Shown here piece by piece: positions 51,792 to 59,762 of a stretch of 64,000 bases of DNA. The position numbers were made by a program, and so were the translations under genes. Within the stretch, counting starts at the first letter, position 1. The number at the start of each line of letters is the position of its first letter. The stretch is from IMG/VR virus record IMGVR_UViG_3300043466_002106, positions 2,470 through 66,469 of that record; one strand, given 5' to 3'. The stretch is from a virus. The notes under the pieces are model-generated. The model was given only the letters and a program-made list of their open reading frames with translations. It made no database searches and had not been told where the DNA came from.

Positions 51792-52627
51792 AAAACCCAC
51801 TTGGATTTCCAACCATGTTCAACCATCTCTTTATAATGTAATTTATGACCAAGTTTATCAATCATTTTTTTACCCATGTCGATACCGTTAATTACATCCT
51901 CAACAACGACGTATTCATGGCTTGTATGATATTGGTAGTATCCAATTGAGAAGTTAATACAAGAGAAGTCAAACTTACCTCTTAGAGCATATACGTCAGT
52001 GTAGGGGTGAACCATGTATCTCATTCTATCACCCATTCCTTCAGTTAATACTTCATCACAAGCATCAAAGAATTCTGTTTCTCTATCAAACAAAACTTGA
52101 CCAAAACATTTCTCTGTAATCATCCAGTTCTCAGGTGCATCAAATTGAATTCCGTATCCAACATTTTCAAAGAAAGTTGGGTCTGCCTTCATTGAACCGT
52201 GACATCCTGTTTCTTCAGATACAAAGAATGCCGCCTTAACATAAGGTAGTTCTTTTAACAATGTCAGACATGCAAAAACACCACATTTGTCATCACCACC
52301 AATACCTGTTGGGTCTCCATCGTTATCGTATGCCTTATAAGATAATTTAATTTCTTTTTGGGCGTTTGGTAACATTTCCTCACGAATATTGATATCGTTA
52401 AGTCCATGTACGGTATCCGTATGTGAAATTACACATGGAAAATAAAAATCTTCAGGAAGGTCTTGGGATTCTTGTTTGGTCGCATAGACGTTGTTATGTT
52501 GGTCTACGTAGTGTTCAATATTATTTTCAGTTAACCAATTAACCAAAAATGCGACCATTTTTTCTTCGTGATACGTTGCGGTAGGCACGCTCAAAACGGC
52601 TTTAAGTAATTCTAAATTTTGTTCCAT
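51788..52627 (-). CDS. M20/M28-family metallopeptidase
   Basis: SHTDTVH, GGDDKCG, SEETGC.GS, QFD, YHT..E. Confidence 0.8.
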   Translation of the reverse strand: MEQNLELLKAVLSVPTATYHEEKMVAFLVNWLTENNIEHYVDQHNNVYATKQESQDLPEDFYFPCVISHTDTVHGLNDINIREEMLPNAQKEIKLSYKAYDNDGDPTGIGGDDKCGVFACLTLLKELPYVKAAFFVSEETGCHGSMKADPTFFENVGYGIQFDAPENWMITEKCFGQVLFDRETEFFDACDEVLTEGMGDRMRYMVHPYTDVYALRGKFDFSCINFSIGYYQYHTSHEYVVVEDVINGIDMGKKMIDKLGHKLHYKEMVEHGWKSKWVF

Positions 52628-52663
52628 AAAGCAAATATATAACTTTAATTAGAACTAACCAAA

Positions 52664-54454
52664 TTAAAATAACTCTGGTTGGTGTAATAAATAATAAAAA
52701 TTTTCTTCGGGATATTTTTTAGTTTCAAATCTTCCTTCAGGTGTTCTCATTTCAACTGATACTGTCATATCATCTTTATCAAACTCTTTTATTTTGAAAC
52801 TTTTTTTCTTGTCTTTTGGTAATTCATACCATACATCTATTTTGTATTTAGATAATATTCTTTTTCTAAATTCCAAAAACTCCGTAACATTTACGTCATC
52901 TTCCAATTTTTCAATAATTGAATCTAATTGTCTTTCAACTTCATTATTAAATGAGTCCTTATCAAAATTATCATAATCTTGGTATTCATATTGGTCCTCA
53001 GCCCAACCTCCTATATTACCAGCATATGTTTCAATAAGTTGTTTTATTAATGACATAGCATCAATTTTATTAATACCAAGTTTTGCTGCCAACATTACAA
53101 TATTTGCAGGAGTAGTATAAACCTCATCAAATTTTCTTTTAAAATAAAACCCAATATCTTCCACAACTTTTTCAAGTTCTTTATTCATACTTTCTCTTGC
53201 GGTAATTGTCATTTCCCTATTTTTTTCCACAAAATAGTCACTAAGAATATTATCGGTTTCTCTTTCAAATAAATCTAACAATACTGAAGATAACTCTTGT
53301 CTATATTCGTCGCTATTTAAATTAAATTCTTTTGATGGTAATATAACTTCCGAAATTTGTTTTAATTTTTCCTTATTTTCATCATTTAAATCACCATAAA
53401 CAATATACCCTTCTTTCCAATCTTCATCAACGGTATATGAATCTATAAATTCATAATCACTGTAATGACTATTAATCACATTAAAAAACCAAATGTCATC
53501 ATCACTTAAATCCAACATTTTTAAGAAATTATCGTCATCGCCAAAATCAAATATAATTTTACTTTGACCCAATGGGTCTGCAGGAATAACTTCAAGTATT
53601 GATGAATCCGAATCTTCAAGTTCTCTAATACTTGCCTTACCTCTACTAAATTCACGTAGTTTTTTAATGAATTCACCTATCCCTAATAATTCGTCAATTA
53701 ACTCATTTTGATTTGGGAATGCTTCTCTTAAATCTTCTAATGGTATATTTCGGTCTTGAGAATTATATACTTCGGTTTGTCTTTCATTTTCGTTTCTATA
53801 TAACGCAAGTTTATCATTAGTTTTTTTATTTAAAAAATAATATAAGTTTCCGTCTCTGAAATACTTTTCAAAATAACCAGGGTTTCCCGTTTGTGTTGTA
53901 CACCATTTTGTATTGGCACCATAATAACATGACGCCGCATGTGATTTAGGTCTAACAACTAAGACATCATTGTCTTCATAAATCTTATCGGCTTGAGTTT
54001 TAATCTCTCTTTCAATTTCCCTTTGAGTTTTTCTTGCGTCAATCGTATTCATCAACTTTTTGATGAATTGTGGGTTTTCATATTGATTGATGTCTTTTGG
54101 TGAACGAGCAATACCTTCAATGTTTGGAACAACATATTCACTATTCATGTCGTTTCTAAATGCTGTTTCAGCAGTCCAAATATCGTCTTCTTTGATTCTA
54201 TTTACGTTCGCATGGAACCAAGGGATGATTGTCCCAAATAAATCTTGTAGAGCCTCTCCCTGTTGTACATTAAGACCACCATTAGGTCCTGCCAACTCAG
54301 GAATAATTTTTTCTAATTTTTTGGCAATGTATTCTACGTATTTATATCTTGTAGGGTCAACACTTAATATCCTGTCAATAAATGGACCATCATACTGAAA
54401 CTTTTGTTTCAATCTCTTTGCAACGTCTTCGGTTTTACCTTCAATTATTATCAC
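52664..54454 (-). CDS. hypothetical protein with ASC.YG..TKWCTT domain (paralog 1)
   Basis: KIYED..VLVVRPKSHAASCYYGANTKWCTT. Confidence 0.7.
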   Translation of the reverse strand: MIIIEGKTEDVAKRLKQKFQYDGPFIDRILSVDPTRYKYVEYIAKKLEKIIPELAGPNGGLNVQQGEALQDLFGTIIPWFHANVNRIKEDDIWTAETAFRNDMNSEYVVPNIEGIARSPKDINQYENPQFIKKLMNTIDARKTQREIEREIKTQADKIYEDNDVLVVRPKSHAASCYYGANTKWCTTQTGNPGYFEKYFRDGNLYYFLNKKTNDKLALYRNENERQTEVYNSQDRNIPLEDLREAFPNQNELIDELLGIGEFIKKLREFSRGKASIRELEDSDSSILEVIPADPLGQSKIIFDFGDDDNFLKMLDLSDDDIWFFNVINSHYSDYEFIDSYTVDEDWKEGYIVYGDLNDENKEKLKQISEVILPSKEFNLNSDEYRQELSSVLLDLFERETDNILSDYFVEKNREMTITARESMNKELEKVVEDIGFYFKRKFDEVYTTPANIVMLAAKLGINKIDAMSLIKQLIETYAGNIGGWAEDQYEYQDYDNFDKDSFNNEVERQLDSIIEKLEDDVNVTEFLEFRKRILSKYKIDVWYELPKDKKKSFKIKEFDKDDMTVSVEMRTPEGRFETKKYPEENFYYLLHQPELF

Positions 54455-54486
54455 AGGGGATTTTTTTACTATAAATACCAGTTTTG

Positions 54487-54517
54487 TTTGGAATATTCAT
54501 ATTTATACTTACCTTTG
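54487..54517 (+). promoter_or_regulatory. Bacteroidota-type primary sigma promoter for the tmRNA transcript
   Basis: TTTG (54487-54490), 19 nt spacer, TACCTTTG (54510-54517). Confidence 0.7.
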
Positions 54518-54520
54518 TAT

Positions 54521-54609
54521 AACAAATCACGGGTGGCTCCCTTAATAGTTAAGGCTGACCTTAAGCATCCAACGAAAGTTATACAGGGGGCGAAAGTGAT
54601 TTTAATGTT
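54521..54609 (+). ncRNA. unknown structured RNA in the tmRNA 5' leader
   Basis: nested helices AAATCAC/GTGATTT, GCTCCCT/AGGGGGC, TTAAGG/CCTTAA, AAC-GAAA-GTT; possible GGGTG/CATCC pseudoknot. Confidence 0.55.
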
Positions 54610-54621
54610 CTTTGAAAATAT

Positions 54622-55018
54622 GGGGGTACACTGGTATCGATTGACATAGTTGGGGATACGTGGCACGCAGTGAGAAGTTTCCTATCACTTAAATCTACGG
54701 ATACAAAAGTTAAACGGCAACGTTTTAAACAAAATGGCAGCTATCGGATTAGTCCGTGAAGATGCTACGGTTGCAGCCTAATCAGATTAGGAAGAACCAT
54801 CGGGTCGGGAGGACACTAACCCAGGAACAGAAGTCCTTGTAAGGTGTGGTTTCTATCTTAAAAGAAACAAGTGGAGGATTAGTTCTCAGTAAACCGAACC
54901 ACTTTAAAATAAGGGAATTGTGAAATTTCGGAACATTAGCTTAAATGTTGACCTAAGCGTGTAGTCATTTATTGTCAAGATGGGCAAGACGAGGGTTCGA
55001 ATCCCTCTACCTCCACCA
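54622..55018 (+). ncRNA. ssrA: tmRNA
   Basis: acceptor GGGGGTA/TACCTCC with G3:U70, ACCA end, T-arm GAGGG-TTCGAAT-CCCTC; tag ORF 54716-54781 GNVLNKMAAIGLVREDATVAA*. Confidence 0.92.
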
Positions 55019-55021
55019 ATT

Positions 55022-55050
55022 AAAACCTCATCATATGGTGAGGTTTTTTT
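55022..55050 (+). terminator. intrinsic terminator after tmRNA
   Basis: AAAACCTCATCA/TGGTGAGGTTTT hairpin plus T-run. Confidence 0.8.
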
Positions 55051-55070
55051 ATTACCATATATTTATGGTT

Positions 55071-56594
55071 ATGAGATTAGTTCCAATCCTTATTATTGAA
55101 GGTCGTAAAGAAGATTTACGTAAAAAATATGAAGAAAAATTTTCTGCAGACCCAGAACATATTGAGGTATTGGAGTATGCTTTAGGTCATCCTTTTTTGG
55201 CTCAAACCAATTTCAAATACGGAGATTTCTTATTAAAAAATTTACATCCAAATTCATCTATTGAAGAAATTATAGACGATGTTGAATTAATTAAAGAGTT
55301 TGATAGATTCCAACAATCATTAGAAGAAAAAGATATTAATAAGTATAGTTTTGCTGGTTTAAGAAATGCCATACAATCACACAAAGAAACTTCAAAAAGC
55401 CAACAAAATAAGTTTGATTCATCAGGAGCCAAGAAATTATATGAAGATTCCAATATTTTAATTGTCAAACCTTTAACATATGAAGCATCATGTAAGTATG
55501 GTTCAGGAACCAAATGGTGTACAACCATGGCAAATACACCAACATATTTTAATCAATACACATCAGGTAACGACCAAGCATTATATTATGTAATTTTGAA
55601 AAAATTTGATAGGAGTAATAAGTTCTACAAAATAGCCATTCACAAAAAACCTGGTGCTGAGACATGGTATGACGCAACCGATGAGAGAATGACCGACAGA
55701 GAAAAAGACGTATTTAATCTTGGTGCACCAAAAGTTATTGAAACAATTAGAAATGATTGGGATAAAGACCAAGAAAAATACCGACAACATATTTTCGATA
55801 AAATCTTTGATTGGGAAAATTATTCGTTCTTCGATATTGGTAAAGAACTTAGAACTAAAGAAAATGTTGGATTAGAATTCTACCAAGCAGAAAGAACTAA
55901 CTATAATGAACAACTAGGTCAAGCAACTTTAAATATATCAATAGATGAAGATAATGTTGATAGTTATTATTTAAATATTTCATATGGAATTAAACCAAGT
56001 AATCAAAACAATTTAGTATTCTTTGATGTATCATTTTCACCAAGAGGGGAATGGTTCACGGAAATCAACGCGGATTTACCTGACGGATATAGACAAATAT
56101 TGTTTAATCATGATTATTTTACAGACCGTCGTAATTCTCCTCAAGAAGTATTTAACAGGTTTTGTGAGGAAATTAAAAAATGGGTAGTATATTCTTTAAG
56201 AAACAGTCCCGAATTTATGTCTAAAATACATGGTGGAAAAACCGTGTGGTCTCCAAATAGGTCAAGTTATGGATACACATTCAAGAGACAGGATTCAGGT
56301 TTGGTTAAACAACTTGTGGATTATTTAGAATCAGGGAAAGAAGGTACCAAATTGGATTTCTTAACTAATGCAGGACTTCTAAAAAAGAAAGATGTTAAAG
56401 GAAAACCATATTATTCAAGAACTGGTCAGGAAGATTGGCATATCTCATCCAAATGGAGAGGTCAACATAGTGGATTTTTTAATTCGGCAAAATTAGCGGG
56501 GATATTAGATTACAATAAAAAAGGTAGTCAATTCTATTTGAAAAAAGGTCCAAACTTTGATAGGTTTAAAGAAGGACAACTTGAAGCTCTTTAA
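55071..56594 (+). CDS. hypothetical protein with ASC.YG..TKWCTT domain (paralog 2)
   Basis: KLYEDSNILIVKPLTYEASCKYGSGTKWCTT; start moved to 55071 because the track start overlaps the tmRNA. Confidence 0.7.
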   Translation: MRLVPILIIEGRKEDLRKKYEEKFSADPEHIEVLEYALGHPFLAQTNFKYGDFLLKNLHPNSSIEEIIDDVELIKEFDRFQQSLEEKDINKYSFAGLRNAIQSHKETSKSQQNKFDSSGAKKLYEDSNILIVKPLTYEASCKYGSGTKWCTTMANTPTYFNQYTSGNDQALYYVILKKFDRSNKFYKIAIHKKPGAETWYDATDERMTDREKDVFNLGAPKVIETIRNDWDKDQEKYRQHIFDKIFDWENYSFFDIGKELRTKENVGLEFYQAERTNYNEQLGQATLNISIDEDNVDSYYLNISYGIKPSNQNNLVFFDVSFSPRGEWFTEINADLPDGYRQILFNHDYFTDRRNSPQEVFNRFCEEIKKWVVYSLRNSPEFMSKIHGGKTVWSPNRSSYGYTFKRQDSGLVKQLVDYLESGKEGTKLDFLTNAGLLKKKDVKGKPYYSRTGQEDWHISSKWRGQHSGFFNSAKLAGILDYNKKGSQFYLKKGPNFDRFKEGQLEAL

Positions 56595-56815
56595 GGTTTT
56601 TTAGATAATTTCCTCAAATATAAGTAAAAACCAAAAAATACTGCCGCAACACAATACAAAATAAAGTTGGCTTTCCATAAACTCCCTGTCCACAACATTA
56701 GAGCATATTGAACGGCATCGAATCCAAAAGGATTGAAGAATAACGCCAACATTAAAGAGATTTGGGAGAGATTGTCTTGAAACGTTCTTCTCCAAGTTCT
56801 GTTTTTCACTATCAT
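56591..56815 (-). CDS. small two-TM membrane protein
   Basis: two hydrophobic helices, FFNPFGFD, basic C-terminus. Confidence 0.5.
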   Translation of the reverse strand: MIVKNRTWRRTFQDNLSQISLMLALFFNPFGFDAVQYALMLWTGSLWKANFILYCVAAVFFGFYLYLRKLSKKP

Positions 56816-56889
56816 CGTCCATAGATATAAATTAAACTTTTATGCTTATTATGCTTTGTGTTTTTATATAAATATACTATATTTGCGTT

Positions 56890-57465
56890 ATGAAAGTTAT
56901 ATTTTTGGACCATGATGGAGTAATCTGTTTATCTTCAGAGTGGGGTGGTCGATTTAAGAAACAAACAAAATGGGGTGGTCGTAAATTATCTATGACAACA
57001 TCAGAAATGCCCCTTGAATATCGTTTTGATAACTTTAATCAAAAAGCTGTTAAGACTTTGAATGAAATCTTGGAAGAAACAGGTGCCGAAATTGTAACGT
57101 CTTCTGATTGGAAGAGGTGGGCTAATCTCGAAGAAATGGGAGAATATTACGAATCAAAAGGTATCATCAAAAAACCAATCGCATTAACAACTAATTTGGG
57201 TCAATGTACATGGTATAATGATATGATATGGATTTGGTCTCCTCGTTGGGATTTGGAAATGACCCGTGTTATCGAGATTAAACAATTCTTACATGACCAT
57301 CCTGAAGTTACTCATTGGGTCGCAGTTGATGACCTTGATATGGGTAAGAATGGAGAGGATTGGAAAGATTGGGGATTAGATAATTTCGTATTGACACCGT
57401 CTTCAAATGAAGGAATCAAACAATCAGGAATAAAAGATAAAATACTGAAATTTTTAAATGATTAA
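56890..57465 (+). CDS. HAD-superfamily protein (HAD_SAK_2-like)
   Basis: IFLDHDGV, IVTSSDW, WVAVDDL. Confidence 0.8.
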   Translation: MKVIFLDHDGVICLSSEWGGRFKKQTKWGGRKLSMTTSEMPLEYRFDNFNQKAVKTLNEILEETGAEIVTSSDWKRWANLEEMGEYYESKGIIKKPIALTTNLGQCTWYNDMIWIWSPRWDLEMTRVIEIKQFLHDHPEVTHWVAVDDLDMGKNGEDWKDWGLDNFVLTPSSNEGIKQSGIKDKILKFLND

Positions 57466-57919
57466 ACACGAACACGAAACATTCAAAGACGATAGGGGGT
57501 CTTACACACCGATAAACACAAAGGTATTAGATATTGATTGGACTCAATGTTCAATCAGTATCAATACTGAGCCATTTACCTTTAGAGGATTACATTACCA
57601 AACCAATCCACCACAGACAAAATACGTTAAAGTGGTTCAGGGTTCAATTATCGACTTTATGGTTGATTTAAAAACAGGTGAAACTGATTATTGTGAGGTT
57701 AATGAAAACCAAGCGGTATACATCCCGAATAACATGGCTCACGGATTTTTAACACTTGAACCTAATACAATTGTTGTTTACATGGTTGAGGGTGATTATA
57801 ACCCTGAAAGTGAGCATAGTTTGCGTTGGTTTGAAAACCCAACAGTGTCAAATGTAGTTTTTGAACATAGTGGAGTTAATAAAATTACAATATCAGAAAA
57901 AGACAAACAAGGAAAATGA
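57458..57919 (+). CDS. dTDP-4-dehydrorhamnose 3,5-epimerase (RmlC-like cupin)
   Basis: DDRG, FRGLHYQ, KYVKVVQG.I.D..VD, AHGFLTL, ISEKD. Confidence 0.88.
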   Translation: MIKHEHETFKDDRGSYTPINTKVLDIDWTQCSISINTEPFTFRGLHYQTNPPQTKYVKVVQGSIIDFMVDLKTGETDYCEVNENQAVYIPNNMAHGFLTLEPNTIVVYMVEGDYNPESEHSLRWFENPTVSNVVFEHSGVNKITISEKDKQGK

Positions 57920-58119
57920 AAAGATTAAAAAGACCACATGGAGAAATTGTGGGAGTATGTAAAGGACTTTCAGAATATTTCAATATTGATGAATCAATAA
58001 TAAGAATTATTTTTGTTGCATTAGTTTTTACACCATTTCCAATTATTATCACATACTTATTGATGTGGATGATAATTCCATTGGAAAGATATGAAAACAA
58101 TCAAGACAACATTAAATAA
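57916..58119 (+). CDS. PspC-domain membrane protein
   Basis: GVCKGLSEYFNID..IIR..F......YLLMWMIIP. Confidence 0.85.
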   Translation: MKRLKRPHGEIVGVCKGLSEYFNIDESIIRIIFVALVFTPFPIIITYLLMWMIIPLERYENNQDNIK

Positions 58120-58240
58120 AATTATTAATTTTTTTAAATCGTTTTTTAAAAAGAAAGTAAATAAACCTGAACCCCAATCTGAAGAGCCTGTTAAGTCAGA
58201 AATCAAAAGATTGGTCTACACTAAAAGAACCGACCAATAG
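58091..58240 (+). CDS. small hypothetical protein (49 aa)
   Basis: MKTIKTTLNKIINFFKSFFKKK...; below the track's size limit; ends inside the terminator. Confidence 0.4.
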   Translation: MKTIKTTLNKIINFFKSFFKKKVNKPEPQSEEPVKSEIKRLVYTKRTDQ

Positions 58241-58252
58241 TCGGTTTTTTTT
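58228..58252 (+). terminator. intrinsic terminator
   Basis: AACCGAC/GTCGGTT plus T-run. Confidence 0.75.
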
Positions 58253-58273
58253 ATTGTTAAACTATTTATGATT

Positions 58274-59458
58274 ATGAGTAATCAAAAAAAATTAATTGAA
58301 GATATATTATCAAGTTATAATATCATAAATGAAAATAAAAACTTGGTATTTGAAGTTACGGATTCCTACAACAATATTGATTTCAGGAATATTGGCCACG
58401 GTAATCCCGCATCAGATAATATCAATACCACTTTATTACAGGACATCCAAAATGCTGCAAAAAGTGCTGGTGTAAATGTTAGTGTTACAACTGGAATTAG
58501 TGGACACGGGAACAAAACTAAGAGTGGTAATACAAGCCGACACACAACAGGAAATGCCGTTGATATTGCCATGATTAATGGTAAAGCGGTTAGTCCATCT
58601 AATCGAGCAGATGCCGACAAATTAGTAGCTGCGTTAGTGTCAATGGGGTACAATAAAAATGCCGAAGGACCAAGTAACCCAAAGGCAGTTTTAACTTTTG
58701 GATTTGAAGGTCATGATAACCATGTTCACGTATCAAACATGACGGGTTCTCCAAGTCAACAACCAACATCAAGTTCAACAGAAACTTCAACCAATACTAC
58801 ATCGACAGAGGACAGTACTCAAGACACAGAAACACCAAGTTCAAGTAATTTTGCAAGTAAAATTGGTCTTTCAATATTAAATTCTATGGGTATTAAAGAA
58901 TCATTTAAACCAGGTACGTTTGGTGTTGGTGCAAAAATTAGAGGAGGTAAAGTATTAATTCCAAGAAATTCAAATACAAAAATTAAAAGTCCTGTTTCAG
59001 GAAAAATTGTCGACGTAATAAATAACACATCTTGTATTAACCAAATTGTTATAGAATTTGAGGATGGGTTTTTGGAATATTGCGGTATTACATCTCCATC
59101 ACAAAAAATAAAAGATAGGGTTGGGGTTGGCACTGTTTTAGGTACAACAAATTCAAACGTTTTGGTTACACTATATAAACATAACAAAAACAGGACTTCA
59201 ATTGTTTTTGATAATGAAACGCCTCCTAACACTAAACAAGATAAAGGCGAAGATGTTGGTATATTTACTAGTTTATATAGAGGTTTAAAAAAATCTTCTG
59301 ACGAAAAACCTAAAGAACCAGAAGAACCAAAAAATGATGATAGTTCACCTGATGATGGATTTTTTCTAAGTAGTTATAAAAACTTAAAAAAATCATTCGA
59401 TAAGAAACCAAGTAAAAAGTTAGAAGAAAATATTAACAGAATTAAAGGATTATTATAA
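58274..59458 (+). CDS. putative virion peptidoglycan hydrolase: M15-like zinc peptidase plus degenerate M23-like domain
   Basis: SRHTTGNAVDI ... HDNHVHVS (H-x6-D, HxH); later SPVSGKI..V..GTVLG. Confidence 0.6.
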   Translation: MSNQKKLIEDILSSYNIINENKNLVFEVTDSYNNIDFRNIGHGNPASDNINTTLLQDIQNAAKSAGVNVSVTTGISGHGNKTKSGNTSRHTTGNAVDIAMINGKAVSPSNRADADKLVAALVSMGYNKNAEGPSNPKAVLTFGFEGHDNHVHVSNMTGSPSQQPTSSSTETSTNTTSTEDSTQDTETPSSSNFASKIGLSILNSMGIKESFKPGTFGVGAKIRGGKVLIPRNSNTKIKSPVSGKIVDVINNTSCINQIVIEFEDGFLEYCGITSPSQKIKDRVGVGTVLGTTNSNVLVTLYKHNKNRTSIVFDNETPPNTKQDKGEDVGIFTSLYRGLKKSSDEKPKEPEEPKNDDSSPDDGFFLSSYKNLKKSFDKKPSKKLEENINRIKGLL

Positions 59459-59489
59459 TAAAAAAAACCCACTGAAAAGTGGGTTTTTT
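59459..59489. terminator. bidirectional intrinsic terminator
   Basis: A-run CCCACT-GAAA-AGTGGG T-run between convergent genes. Confidence 0.85.
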
Positions 59490-59508
59490 GTTTGTAGTCA
59501 AAAACCAA

Positions 59509-59700
59509 TTAATTAGTTTCAACAGATGACTCAACTTCAACTGAGTCTGCAACTACGGTTGAATCAATTGTTGATGAATCTACCATAACAGAATCTACCA
59601 TGGTTGAATCAGATTTAGTTTCAGTTGTTTCGTGTCCACAAGAGGCTAAAGCTACGATTGTGAATAATGTAAGAATTGTGTTTTTCATAATGTTTTTCAT
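59509..59700 (-). CDS. small lipoprotein
   Basis: hydrophobic signal with lipobox LASC, followed by (V/I)DS repeats. Confidence 0.65.
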   Translation of the reverse strand: MKNIMKNTILTLFTIVALASCGHETTETKSDSTMVDSVMVDSSTIDSTVVADSVEVESSVETN

Positions 59701-59762
59701 ATTCAATGAATGATAAATATAAGTTAGGAACCCTGATTCGTCAATTTATTTAAATATTTTTT

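Noticed and set aside
31178-54477. Plus-strand TATAAATA read as canonical T4 late promoters
   Set aside because: They point away from the adjacent gene starts; the consistent orientation is TATTTAT on the coding strand.
56601-56822. Alternative 73-aa ORF overlapping 56591-56815
   Set aside because: The other frame gives a more protein-like two-TM sequence that abuts the neighbouring stop; the choice is not certain.
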